A stretch of DNA of 63,906 bases, counting the filler, from Craspedostauros australis (taxonomy: Eukaryota), in the NCBI GenBank assembly GCA_030167865.1. It is 17 parts of 17 records of this genome, joined end to end, with 100 filler letters (N's around TTAATTAATTAA, not from the genome) between each part and the next. Parts side by side here need not be neighbours in the genome. Positions count along the whole stretch, not along the records: positions 23,345 to 26,207 come from JALAGF010001863.1; positions 26,308 to 27,371 come from JALAGF010001864.1; positions 27,472 to 28,555 come from JALAGF010001865.1; positions 28,656 to 32,858 come from JALAGF010001866.1; positions 32,959 to 37,389 come from JALAGF010001867.1; 12 more parts are not named here. One strand, written 5' to 3'. Positions within the stretch are counted from its first letter, which is position 1, and each line of letters opens with the position of its first letter. Shown one piece after another: positions 23,345-35,900 of this stretch. Made by a program: the position numbers and the translations under genes. The notes under the pieces are model-generated. The model ran no database searches. It saw only the letters and a list, made by a program, of their open reading frames with translations, and was not told the DNA's origin.

Positions 23345-26183
23345 TTTCGTCGCTTTCGAAGTGTATTTGCAGATCTTGGATGTCGTAGCTGTCCAGCTTT
23401 TCTTGATCGATGATCTCTGGCTCGGTGACACCAGAGGATGCTGTGAGTACAGCGCTGTCATCGCGAAAGTCCACCTGATGCACATCTCGGCAGGGAATCT
23501 CTTCTGTTCGAAATGGCTTGTTTTCGAGTCCATCGGATTGCATGACAGTGGTGCCCTTCAACTTGCCGGCATGTGCAAGCACGGTGATCGTCCCCTTGAT
23601 TTTGTGCTTTACGAGGTTGGTGAAGATACCTTTCTCTGTCAACCCCTTTGCGCCCTTTGTGCGGTTGATGGCTCGTCTCAGAACGTTGCCCACGATACCA
23701 AAGTGGCCATCCACTGGACTCTTGCCGGTCTGAGCTTCTGTGAACAGCCACTGTGTGATTTTGGGTAGTTTTGATGGTGGCGTTGATCCGCGGTTCTTGA
23801 TGGCTTGGTCCTCACTTTTTCGCTTCGCGACCAAAAACGCGTTGGATTTGATGCGTCTGTGTTTTGCTCTCTGCGCCATTCTCTTTGCTCGCGCTTTCTG
23901 TTCCGGAGTTTTCGCGACAGACTTCCTTCCCACAGCCCTCTTCACCTTCCGTTCACATTTGGCCTTGATTGGGCGTTTCGTACTCTTTTTGACCTTGGTG
24001 ATGATGCCAACAGTTGTCCTCTTCGTCGCCTTGGTACTGCAAGCTGCACTCGCAGATGTGGCTATTGCAGTAGCAGCAGCGTCATCAGGTGTACTCGTGA
24101 ATGTGGCAGTTGTGACAGCGTCGATGCTATTGACAGCGGTTTTGGACTTGGATTGGAGCTTGACAGCGGCAATGGGATGCTTCTTATCATACCCCTTCAT
24201 GTCGAATGTGACCCCATGCTCATTTCTGTTGAGACCATGGATCAATCGGATTGCCGATGGGCTTGCAAAGCAGCTGGCATTGTCACTCTGAAAAATGACC
24301 TCCTCGAGACCATTGTGTAGTTTGGGTAGAATGTCTCTGAGGAGAAGCTTCAGTGCACCAGCAACCTGTAGAGTGTCTTGTGTAGAGCGCTCCTCGATGA
24401 GAAGGTCAATGAATCGATGTTCAAATCTTCCATCTGTGAAGACGACTGTCATCACACCCAGAAGTGACATTCCTGATTTTCCAAAGAATTCACTTTGGGT
24501 CTCTTCGTTCGCGGTGGGGAGGAGCTTGCACTTGTGGTCAATCATGGCGACACATGCATGTGGGTGGGTCATCAAGTATTGGTTGTTTCGCTCACTTTGC
24601 TTGAACTGCACCATCGCCCTGATCCGATGAGCCATGTAGATTTTCATCTGGTTGCTGCAGAAGTCGACTGCGTGTGGCATTGTTTCCACCTCCTCCAAAA
24701 CGTCGTCATCTGTAATCCATTGCCTAGCAGCTTCGACAGCTGTCTTGGCACGGATTGGAAAGAATGTCATGGCAGCAGCGCATTTCTTGCAGACGTGCTT
24801 CGATGGCTGCCGATCACATTCGGTGAGAGCAAATGTTGCAGAGTGGAGATGGTCATCATCACACTCAATTTGCATATGGGAGTTGGTATACTCCCATCTC
24901 ACAAAGGTGAAAGTAGTGTCGGCATCATTCACCAGCATGGCAACTTCGGCACGCAGATCTGTGGTCGCGTCGACGTCAGGGAGTAATTCCAAGATCCTTT
25001 CCATCATGAGTTTGAATTCAGTAATGACGTTCGACATGTCCATGTAGTAGGAGGACAAGGCGGTGTGTGAAGTGCCACATCTTGTCAGCAGCTTGAGGAG
25101 GTCGCGGAAGGTGGGAAAGCCGACTGCATTGTCATTGTCCTTGATGTAGTCGCGGAACAGTTCCCTTGAAGGAGTACTGTCACGAACAAAGATTGGCAAA
25201 TTATCGTAGACAATGCCATCGAGCATCACAGTACGCAATCTTCCGCCCTTGTAGTGCCCAATGGTTGTGATGTACGAGATGGCGTTCTTGAGGGAGTCTT
25301 CGGGTGGACGGTAAGGCCGCTCTATTTTTGGAATTGACTTCCCAGATAGAAGGGTGCCCGCCAAATCCTTGAATCGGCCGTGCGTGTCTTGGCGCATGGC
25401 AATTCGAGTGTTGACAACCTTGGCTTGTTCTTCTGCTGGTAGGGCATGATGGTGCACTTGCAGGATGCGCTCACATTCTGTGGCACCACATGTGCATGCC
25501 AGCATCGCACGTGCAGCTTTAGAGAAGTCGTCATTTCCAAAGAAGGCAACGTGACAGACAGTCTCCTCTAAACCTGTGAGAGAGAGAGCCTTGTTGTGCC
25601 GGACATACTTGATGACATCACACAGTTGGGGTGGAGCCATCGTGTTGGGGGCAGCTGCATTCCAAAAGATAGAAACATGTTCTTCCCATGCTCGTTCCAT
25701 GGAGTCCCAATGATATCTGTTGGACTTGGTTGAAATCCCTGGGTATCCGCCCTTTGGGAAGTTCCTCAGTGCGCCTGGATCCCTGCCTGTCATCCTGAAG
25801 AGGGATAGCAGCTTCTGTTTTGCAGACATATCCTTCGTCCATGTTGGCCATCCAGGGGCTGAGGCTTCGTTGTTGATGATAGTGTCACCCATCATTGTAT
25901 CACCATCGCGATTGTTGTCAATGCTGGTTGGGACTGGAGCAGACATGACAACACTGCGATTTGCTTGGACATGCGGACGAGGTGCTGTTTCGGAGTGGTT
26001 TTGATTGCCACCATCTGGGGCAAAGCCCACCTGCCCAGCTCCTTCATGGTTTGCTCCACATTGTGGGCAGAACGAGAGTCTTGCATATGCCGGATTGCAG
26101 CAACCGCAGAACACGATACCACAACCTTGACATTCCAAGTTGCCAAAGCAGGTGATTGGCATGCCGTGTGCGATTGGTGGCAT
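23345..26183 (-). mobile_element. Large DDD transposase, Sola superfamily-like (probably Sola3-type), partial
   Basis: Motifs IDHKCKLLP..ETQSEFFGKSGMSLLG, FQSDNASCF and TEAQTGKSPVDGHFG. His/Cys motif HVCKKC upstream and a Cys-rich N-terminus. Family assigned from recalled motifs only. Confidence 0.6.
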
Positions 26184-26307
26184 TGGAGAGGTACCGTATG
26201 GAGCAGGNNNNNNNNNNNNNNNNNNNNNNNNNNNNNNNNNNNNNNNNNNNNTTAATTAATTAANNNNNNNNNNNNNNNNNNNNNNNNNNNNNNNNNNNNN
26301 NNNNNNN

Positions 26308-27371
26308 GCCACTTTGGTATCGTGGGCAACGTTCTGAGACGAGCCATCAACCGCACAAAGGGCGCAAAGGGGTTGACAGAGAAAGGTATCTTCACCAACC
26401 TCGTAAAGCACAAAATCAAGGGGACGATCACCGTGCTTGCACATGCCGGCAAGTTGAAGGGCACCACTGTCATGCAATCCGATGGACTCGAAAACAAGCC
26501 ATTTCGAACAGAAGAGATTCCCTGCCGAGATGTGCATCAGGTGGACTTTCGCGATGACAGCGCTGTACTCACAGCATCCTCTGGTGTCACCGAGCCAGAG
26601 ATCATCGATCAAGAAAAGCTGGACAGCTACGACATCCAAGATCTGCAAATACACTTCGAAAGCGACGAAATCAAAGAGATCGAGCCTGCCTTTGTGAAGA
26701 CGCCAGGCGAAGCCAAGTCTCCNCCAACATACACAACACGCACGTCACGCGCTCGCGGCAAGCCTGATACTCCAAAAAGTGCCGTTCTNCGCGATCTNGT
26801 CACAAATTGGGTCTTCGATTTCATCTCNCAGCCACGCCCTGGCGACGAAGCCAACACCGTCACAGTTGAGCAGAAGGTCGAGGCTCCTGACTTTGTCGAA
26901 TCGGGTTGGGCAATCACATACACCAAAAAGGCGAGTACGAAATCATCCACGAAGACAGCATCCAGGAAAGCAACTGCAAATTTATCGTCATCATTGGCGT
27001 CATCATCGGCGGCATCATCTGGATCAGCATCGCCAACTGTGAAATTGTCATCGAAGCCACCTGCCAAATCAACCGTGACACANCCCAATGCGTCGTCCTC
27101 TTCGGAATCCAAACCATTGTGGGCATCCGAACAAAAAATCAGGATGATGTCNCCCACNAAGAAGAAGAAGACNCCACAGCTATCTGAAAAGGTCCGAAAA
27201 GCTGCGTGCGAGGTAATCCAAGAAAGCAAAGACAGGACCGACAGGATCACGTCGTATGCTGTGTTTGAATGGTTGATGGAAAGGGTAATGAAATATGATT
27301 GGGAGCAGAGAGTGTCGATCCAAGCCTCCTTCTTCAAATCGTTTCTGAGAAGTGGCGAGAAGAACGCCGAG
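26308..27371 (+). mobile_element. C-terminal part of the same Sola-like transposase on an overlapping contig
   Basis: 26308-26670 is the reverse complement of 23345-23707. The frame continues ~230 aa further. Scattered single Ns suggest collapsed polymorphic copies. Confidence 0.7.
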
Positions 27372-27471
27372 NNNNNNNNNNNNNNNNNNNNNNNNNNNNN
27401 NNNNNNNNNNNNNNNTTAATTAATTAANNNNNNNNNNNNNNNNNNNNNNNNNNNNNNNNNNNNNNNNNNNN

Positions 27472-28470
27472 AAGTTGGTTGAACACCTCTTGGGTCAAGA
27501 CCACGTTGAGGCTCTCATCGTTCTTGCCAGGACTCTTTTTGCCCTTGTATGGAACACGCCACCCACTTTGGCGACTGTCCGCGTTCTTTGGGTCATTCCA
27601 GCACTCGCTGGTATTATGCCCAATTCGGCCGCATCTTCCACACTTTGGTGGGGCATCGCCGCTATCGCGGTTCTTGCGCTTATTGTTGCGGTCGTTGCGC
27701 CCTTTGTTGCTCCGGTTGCCACGCAAGCCCTTCTCGGCCTTCTTGCCCTTTTTGGCACTGTGGTTCTTCTTTGCCGGGCGGCAGCTATTTGCCACGTCGA
27801 GGAGACGGCGGTAGAGGTCCTCAAAGGAGTGCTCATACACCTGGTACCCGCTTTGGAGCAGGGCATGGCAGTACTCCTCTGGGCTTGCACGATCCAGGAT
27901 CTCCACCAACTCGAAATCAGGGAAGGATGCGGCGACATTGCCATTGCCTGGGCTTGGCGTGAATGGGAGGTATTGATTGAGCTCCAGCAGCCGCGCGCGG
28001 AAGGCGGACAGCTCACCATGGTCATACTTTGCGTACTGACGCATGTAGTTGCGCTGGCGTCTCCACGCGCTCGATGGGTGTCCGAAGAACGGCACTCCAA
28101 CTGCTGCGAGTCCTTCCTTGAGCTTGCGTGCTGCAGCAGCGGCGGTGTTTCCTTGTACGGCTTGGACGGCTGTTGCGAATCAATTCTGCGCGTCTCCCAT
28201 CAGTAGGTTGTTCAGATGCACCATCTTCTGGGTCGCTGTCGTCATGCGCTTCGCAGCCATCAGCGTGTCGAATTCCCGGCGGAAACGGAGCCATTCTTCA
28301 GCGCTTCCGTCGTCGAACTTGAGTACTTGAGTCTCCACGGTGTCGGTGTTGGCTGGATCACTTGGATCCTCGTATACGTCCATCTTCACATACATGTTGC
28401 GTGGGTAGGTCCGAGCTTCTTCCTTCTCCCAGTAGAGGACGGGCTCTTGCCCGGGCTTGACTTCAGTCAT
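27472..28470 (-). pseudogene. Ty3/gypsy-type gag with one in-frame stop
   Basis: The two listed ORFs share a frame, separated by TGA at 28180-28182. Motifs FDDGSAEEWL, LLMGDA, RQRNYMR, FRARLLELNQYLPF and knuckle CGRCGRIGHNTSEC. Confidence 0.75.
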
Positions 28471-29099
28471 TGTTGTTCGTTGGACGGTTTGGCGGTTGTT
28501 GTTGTTGAGTACGATGTTCAATCGTAAGGAGTGAATTCACTGTGCCTTATGCCAGNNNNNNNNNNNNNNNNNNNNNNNNNNNNNNNNNNNNNNNNNNNNT
28601 TAATTAATTAANNNNNNNNNNNNNNNNNNNNNNNNNNNNNNNNNNNNNNNNNNNNCTGTTGGATACCATCGCAGTCTGATATCGACCAACAATGACGGCA
28701 TCATTCTCGTCCACAGTGAGGACAAGCCATGTATTAGTGTTGTAAGAGCTATCTAAATATATCTAACCCTANNNNNNNNNNNNNNNNNNNNNNNNNNNNN
28801 NNNNNNNNNNNNNNNNNNNNNNNNNNNNNNNNNNNNNNNNNGACCTCGCTGAATGGGGTCGTATGTTGACACATTCACAGCTTCAGTGTCGCACATCTCT
28901 TGCTGCTTCACACATTCACAAATACATGTGTCTTGCCTAAGTGCAGTTTTCAACTGCCATGAACCAGATGAATGTGTTTGTATGTACATATGTGTCGCTC
29001 CGTGCCATCCGCAGTTCATCTCCATACTACTCTCCAAGTGTCGTCGCTTTCCTGCTTCCCTCTGTCTTCCTTTCTCCACTGGCTGTGCTGCTGGTGTCC

Positions 29100-30302
29100 A
29101 CTCCTTCATTCATTGAACGCTCAACATACCTATCCCAACCATCGCAGCATTCAGCGCAATTGTTTGCTCATCAATCGTCTCATTGTCAATGCTTTGATGA
29201 TACAAATGGCCATTGTAGCTTCCCACTCGCACCTTCTTTGCTTCTGGGTATCGTTGATACATTCCACATCTTCCTTTGCTTTCTTCTCAAGAGCCATTGC
29301 TTTGTATGTCAGGTTACAATTGTCATCCATAGTCCCTGTTTCGTGAGAGTGCTCTTCCATTGCCTCAACTTCAGCCTCTGTCATGTCCATTGCTCCCTAC
29401 GTCCTCCAAGATCTCTTCCAACCTTCCAACGAAGGCATATCCTACCAGAAATGGTTCTTCAATTCTGACTTGGAAGTCAGATACTTCATTGCAATGGCAG
29501 TGACATTGATGTAGCCAAACTTACAACAGCAAATATATGATGGTCGTGGTGGCACCGTGTCTCACGGATCGACGGGCAACGCTTCAATGCCGGGCTATAG
29601 CAGTTATGCCAATCGATCGAACAATGGCCTGGTATGCCCGATGAAGTCGTAGAACTCCATGGAGTTGCCATGCTCTCAAATCAAAGACCTGAAAGATAAT
29701 GCTTGATGATGGAAGATGCTTGAGCTAAGGTACCGACCCCACGCACACTTGTTGGCATGGTGTCAAGGATGCAGTGTGCCACAGCACACATGAGGAGGCG
29801 CTGCTGTGTAGCAAGATGCTTGAGAATGACAAGGATGACGGAAATCAAGGCAGCCTGGTGTCGGCGATGATACTGGAGGGTGGAAGTCATGATGGTGGGG
29901 GAAGATATGATCCGCTGGAGTTCATCAGATGATAAATACAGAGTTACACTAGGTGCATCTAAAGAAGGAGTTAAATTGCAACAGAGAGTTGCGATGCAAT
30001 GGGTGGGCACGAACAATCAATTTGCAGTAGAGCACATCGGATCAATCTGGTGCGAGCACAAAGTTTTGCTCCGATGCAGCCGTTGAGAACGAATTTTGGA
30101 CTACCACGACTCATCAGAGAGATTATGAAATTATGAACGGTTTCCGAAGAGCGTTCATATTCGCGGACAAGGAGTTCATAATTATTTCGATTGACGTTAT
30201 GTCGACGTTGACCCCCATTTCAACGAGGAGCCGAAAGGTATCTTGTGCCCTAAATGGAGCGATATGATTGGCCGAGAGGCCCAGATTATGAAATTATGAC
30301 CC
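29100..30302 (-). mobile_element. Degenerate PIF/Harbinger-like DNA transposon remnant
   Basis: Minus strand gives stop-interrupted EFYDFIGHTRPLFDRLA*LL*P...AIAMKYL, resembling the N-terminal helical region of Harbinger-type transposases. Candidate end GGGTCATAAT abuts TAA. 17-bp subterminal repeats at 30120-30136 and 30283-30299. Confidence 0.4.
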
Positions 30303-31508
30303 TTACAACCACCTCCAGTTGTTGAGTAGTTGTTCTGTGTGACATCAACATCAACAGTTCGTTGTTTTCGGTGATGCCAGGAATTCTTGGCGCACTTCAA
30401 TCGTCTGCCTGTCATCCGTGATTGATCGTGATTGGGTGACGTACTTCATTTTGTCACGATCGTGGAATTGGTTTGTGAGTGATGACGACACACACAAACG
30501 CACTCACAGAGATCACGGTCACCTGTCTGTTGTTGCGCAACCCCGTTCGACGATGGCCACCGACCGCAATGGTCAGAGATGAGAGGCGACATCGGCAGCG
30601 CCATGATGGAACAGCCAAGGAAGAACCCACATCTGCTCACCATCTTCCTCGTACCGCATCCCTTGACACCATGAGCATACCTATGCTGTACAGCGGGACA
30701 ATACAATGAGGCATCAACATCCATGAGTACCAACAGTTGCAGCAGTACAGCGCCCAGGCTGATTCTCTGATCGGCATTCGATGCGATCATAACGAATGGA
30801 GTTGATGGAAGATGACGGTGTCAGACTACGGTGCTGGACTGCCGGGTCCGTGCGCTCCCGTGGAAAGGCACACATACACAAGCACACATCGCGTCAGCAT
30901 CACGCACTGCAGCGACAGGCTTTGGGAATCGCAGCCTCCTGCACGCGGTGACCACCGCAAGGCAGCAAGACAGCGAGGTGTCTGAAACAAATGCTGGCGA
31001 CGACACATGAAACCGCGCTTCATAGCATCAATTGCATTGATCCACCGGACCAACAGGTGCGGCACAAACTCAGCTGGCGTCAACGAAGCCGCAGCACATC
31101 ATCGCCCATCGGTCACAAACGATCACAAACGAAGTTGATGCCAGCGCCGGTGCCAGGCTGGGAATCAGGTGGGATGAAGAAGGGCCGAACGCAGCAAGCA
31201 CGTCAAAAGACATGCTGACGTAGACCATGATGGTTGGTAGAAAGACGAGACGTTGCCAAAGAAGGCTACGTACATCTGCACACCATTTCGCACGCCGCGG
31301 AACTTCCATTCTTTCCACATTGGCGACATGCATTGGTCCTCTGCGCACGGACTGATTCAATGTGCTGCGAACGAACATGGGGCGAGTACTTCCAAGTAGA
31401 GTTTGGAGTCGAGTACTCGAGAGGTATCAAACGACTAGCAGCAATAGGTACGGCACGGCATTTCGGATCAACCCTTATATCATGGAATAGAATATCATAT
31501 ATTATGAC

Positions 31509-32858
31509 TTACCGTTGCCGTTTTGTCTTTGTCTCTATCTCGCCTTCCATCGACATGTCTGGACTGCAGGTCGGCCGATCCCTCTTCGCGGTGGGATGGC
31601 AAGCCAGCCTCGATTCGAGCAAAGCCAAGATCTTCACATCATGGGTTGCCTTCTGCGCACACTCCAATGCCGTATTGCCAGCTTTGTTCCGCACATGAAC
31701 ATCGATCTCTTCCAGCGTCATCAGATACTCGACCACCGTTGCCAGACCATACTTGACCGCACGGTGAAGGACTGTGTCTCCGTCATTGTTCATCATGTTC
31801 ACATCCACCGTCACGTTGCTCGATTCAATCAGCAGCTTGATCTTCTCCAGGCAGTCGTTACGGTCGTTGGCGTTGCTTCCGATATCGCTTTCGGTACCAG
31901 TGTCGACGCAGCAGATGCAATGCAATGGAGTATCACCATCACTATTCTGAAGCGTTGCGTCTACTGAGTCATGTCCCACCAACTGCTGAAGGGTGGACAT
32001 TTCACTCTCCTTGCTCATGCATGCAAGATGGAGAAGTGTGTTGCCAGCACGATTCTGGATGTTTGCAATTGGTTTGGCCTCTTCTATCAATCGTTTGGTG
32101 ATGACTGTATCTCCCACACGATTGTTGAGATGGGAGAGATTGCTGAGGTTGGTGGCGGCGATGAGTTGGTGTTGGATGAACTCGAAGAGGTGGGTGAGTC
32201 TGGTGGTATCATTCAACGGAACGAAAATATCTCTGCGGAAGGCGAGGTGCACAGGTGTGTCACCGTCATGGTTCTGGATGTTGAAGCTGCCGTTGGTCTT
32301 GGACGATTGAAGCATGGACTCAATGGCGTCGCGTTCCTGACGCTTGCATGCAATGTGGAGAGGTGTATTCCCCCACCTGTTTTGAATCTTGAATAATTCA
32401 TCGATACTCAACTTGCTGTTGCTGTTGTGTTCGTTGTTGGCATTATTGGGTTGGTACTCTTCCAGCAGCAGCTTCAAGCAAGGTAAGAAGTTACGGCTGC
32501 CGTAAAAGCAAAGGCGATGCAATGGTGTGTTGCTGTCATTGTTTTGGGTACACATGTGGTTGGCTGTGTCAATTTTGTCACATTGGACCAGATACGCAAT
32601 CGTATCCTGAACATCAACACAGATTGTGTAACAAGCCAGGTGGAGAAGTGTATCACCATTGTTGTTGCGAATGTTGAGACTGACATTGTCACTGATATCA
32701 TCTGATTCCACCAGATATCGAAGGCAGCTGGTCCTCATATCCCGACATGCTGTATACAAAGGAGTGTCGCCTCTGTTGTTCTGCTTGTTGATGTTGGCAG
32801 CAGCATCAACTTGGGGACATTGCACCAAGTACTTCAGCACATCGATGTGTCCTTGTTC
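31509..32858 (-). CDS. Ankyrin-repeat protein (5' truncated by contig end)
   Basis: About nine GxTPLHxA-type repeats (GDTPLYTAC, GDTLLHLAC, GNTPLHIAC, GDTVLHRAV, GNTALECA). Confidence 0.92.
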   Translation of the reverse strand, partial: EQGHIDVLKYLVQCPQVDAAANINKQNNRGDTPLYTACRDMRTSCLRYLVESDDISDNVSLNIRNNNGDTLLHLACYTICVDVQDTIAYLVQCDKIDTANHMCTQNNDSNTPLHRLCFYGSRNFLPCLKLLLEEYQPNNANNEHNSNSKLSIDELFKIQNRWGNTPLHIACKRQERDAIESMLQSSKTNGSFNIQNHDGDTPVHLAFRRDIFVPLNDTTRLTHLFEFIQHQLIAATNLSNLSHLNNRVGDTVITKRLIEEAKPIANIQNRAGNTLLHLACMSKESEMSTLQQLVGHDSVDATLQNSDGDTPLHCICCVDTGTESDIGSNANDRNDCLEKIKLLIESSNVTVDVNMMNNDGDTVLHRAVKYGLATVVEYLMTLEEIDVHVRNKAGNTALECAQKATHDVKILALLESRLACHPTAKRDRPTCSPDMSMEGEIETKTKRQR

Positions 32859-32958
32859 NNNNNNNNNNNNNNNNNNNNNNNNNNNNNNNNNNNNNNNNNN
32901 NNTTAATTAATTAANNNNNNNNNNNNNNNNNNNNNNNNNNNNNNNNNNNNNNNNNNNN

Positions 32959-35900
32959 ATCCCTTTCGATGGATGGGATCTGGGTGATTGAAGGCTCCAT
33001 CGAATGTTGTTGGTTCGATGTGCTTCTCTTGTTCCTTGTTCTGGTCCTGCATCGACAATCCGATGTCGATCGTTGGTGCCTCGGTAATGATTGCGTTCAT
33101 CCCGTATAGTCCTGTTGTGCTATGGTGAGTGATCTCGATCTCTCCTTCATCTACGATTTCTTCGTCATCTGTAGATTCGTTGTTGGATTCGTCGACCACC
33201 TCATCGCTGAGTTCATCACTCGCTTCATTGGATGATGACTCGCTCTCATAGCCCTCTTCCTTTCGACCTTGTTCGTTGAAGTCTGCGAGCTCACGCGGAG
33301 CTCTGGGAATATTCTTCCCTGTAGTGGACTTAGGATTAACTTCTCCCTTCCTGCCTCGTGCTTCATGGCGTCGGATTCTCTCCTTTCTAGCCACGTCATG
33401 CTTGCTTGGTTTGCTTGGTGGAGGTCTGGATGGTGTGTCATGTGTAGATCTCGCTGGTGTGTTTGGAGGAGTGATGCCTGCGTCCTTGTCGGCTTCGTTG
33501 CCGGATGCTGTGGTCTCGTCATCCTCATGATTGGATTCGCTCCGATCTTCCTCGTCGTTATGGATTAGTTGGGTTACTGCTCCATCGTCCTCATCATCCT
33601 CATCGTCGCTATCCGATAGGATGTAGTAGCTGTTGCTGTCAGCGAAAGATACTCTCTTTGCTTCTGATGTTCGATGCGTTGCCGTCTTCGGTGTCGCTCC
33701 CTTCCGTCCGATGGTTGTGAAGCCGTCTGCATCTGTTGTTCCTGCTTCGCTGGATATGTTCGGTGCTGGTGCCCAGCCACGGAACTGTCCGTATGATTTA
33801 TTGAGCCACTTGATATCACGTGAGCAGATCAGTGACTTGGTTGATGGTCTGTACATGTTGTAGACCCCTGATGCGTGTTGGTGTGCATATCCGATGAACA
33901 CCATTTCCTCTCCTCTATTCTTGAGCTTGGCGGTTATCCCGCCGTAGGTAGTCTTCACAACACCCACCTCTCCAAACGTGCGGAGTGCATCCGCGTATGG
34001 TGGATCGCTGCCGAAGAATTGTCGATGAGGTGACTCCTTTTGGTTCTTCGCTACAGTGATGTTGGCGATGGCGGTGACAGTGCTCGCAGCTGCTACCCAC
34101 AGGCCATGCCTATATTCTTCGTCGAGTTGTGCTCCATTGAGCATGGAGCGGATCTTGGTGTAGAGGTACGCGAACTTGCGTTCCACTCTACCGTTCTGTT
34201 GCGGCGTGTTCGATGCTGTGAATTCGAATTTCACGTTGAGTCCTGCATCGATGAGAGTATCCTGCGTGGATTTATTCTCTCCGCTGTTGTCTCCTCGGAA
34301 GATGATTTGTTGATCACCAGTCTGTGATTTGATCGTCTGGACGAATCGTTTGATGTACCCTGGTTGATCACCTTTGTTCTTGAGAAAGAAACTCCAGCAG
34401 TGATCCGTGCAGTCGTCCACGATCAAGGTCCAGTAGCGTTTATCTCCGAAGCTTGTGTGTTTAGTGTAACTAATGTCAATGAAGAGCCGTTCGCCACAGC
34501 GAGTTGCTCTTGGAATCGTCGCCTTCGGAATGTTCTTCACTCTTGCGTTCGTGACCGCGCAGACGCGACACACCAGCATCTCGCCAATGATCTTCCATCC
34601 GTATTGAGCGGCTGTCCGCTTCATGGTCTCGAGTGGCGCGTGGCCGAACATTCGGTGCAAGTTCACCGCGCTGATCTCCTTGGATGAATTCTTGACGATG
34701 GCTGTGCAAACCTTGTCGTTGTTCGTTGGCATGATGGGATGCATCTGCACTCCCGTGATGAATCTGTTGGATGTGGGGAAGACTCGATCGAACACGATCT
34801 TTGTTCCGGATCTGTTGATGATGTCCATCAGAATGCCGTTGTTACCAAGCTGGTAACCGTTGTACAGAGCCTTGTTCGTAGAGAAAAGGTTCACCGCCAA
34901 TTTCGGTGTGTACTTCACGTCATCGAGCCGGATGATGTGGCCAGTGTTGTCTCGTTGCTTGACCTTCAAGCGAATGGATCCCATTTTGGGAGATTCCAGC
35001 TTCGTGCTGTCTCCCACTTGGACGAAGGACTTGATGTGCCGCACGTTGAAGAGAGCGGTATCTGAATTGACGATGTGACACGAAGCTCCGCTGTCGGCAA
35101 GCCAGGTGTCCTTGTTGACCTTGTCCTTGTACTTGGTGCTGAGTTCGTGGAGCTGCTCCACGGCTGCTGTGGCCATTTCATCCATGAGGCCGTCTGCCTC
35201 TTCATCTTCATGCACTCCATCTTCGTTGTATGGATTTTGATGCTCATCCGCTTCGTCATCGCTTGGTAGCTCTGCGAAGTGCGCTGGAACTGTGCTGTTA
35301 CGATGAACTCCGGTGACCGTGTCATACGGTGTGACGCGTGGTCGCTCGCGCAGGAGCACCTGCATGCATCCTCCGAGCACGTAGTGCAAGTCCAGTTTGG
35401 AGAGTTCCTCCACTTCGTTTGCTTGCAGTAGTCGGTTGAGGATGGCTGCGTTTGCGAGGATCTCTTCAATCGATTTGAAGTTATCGGATAGGATGGTGCT
35501 TACCATGTTCACCCAAATGTATCGCAATGGTTCGTTCACGAACCCTGGGAACATCGGTAATGCAGCTGTTAGAACCGCGTCGTAGATGAGCTGCTTCTGC
35601 ATTCGTTTTGCAGTGACCGTTGGTTCTGGGAAGGTTTGTAGTCGGTAGATGTCTTCGACTCTTCTGGGATTCGGTTCCGGTGGGAATTGGATTCGAATTG
35701 GATAGACGACAGCTTCGTAGGGATTGAACGCGTCGTTTGGATGGTCCTCAGCTTCATCGTCGTCCTCTTCATCGAAGATGCCCGTTCTCTCATTTCGCAT
35801 TGCTGGAGGAAGCGGCGCCTCGGCGCGGTTCGTCCCGTCTCTGGTGGTGTCGTCGTCGTCTCCATCTGCGCCGTCCTCGTCGGCGTCTTCGTCTGAGCCG

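Noticed and set aside
23345..26670. Apparent long inverted repeat around the transposase
   Set aside because: The arms are coding sequence on different contigs separated by a spacer, so this is contig overlap rather than a TIR.
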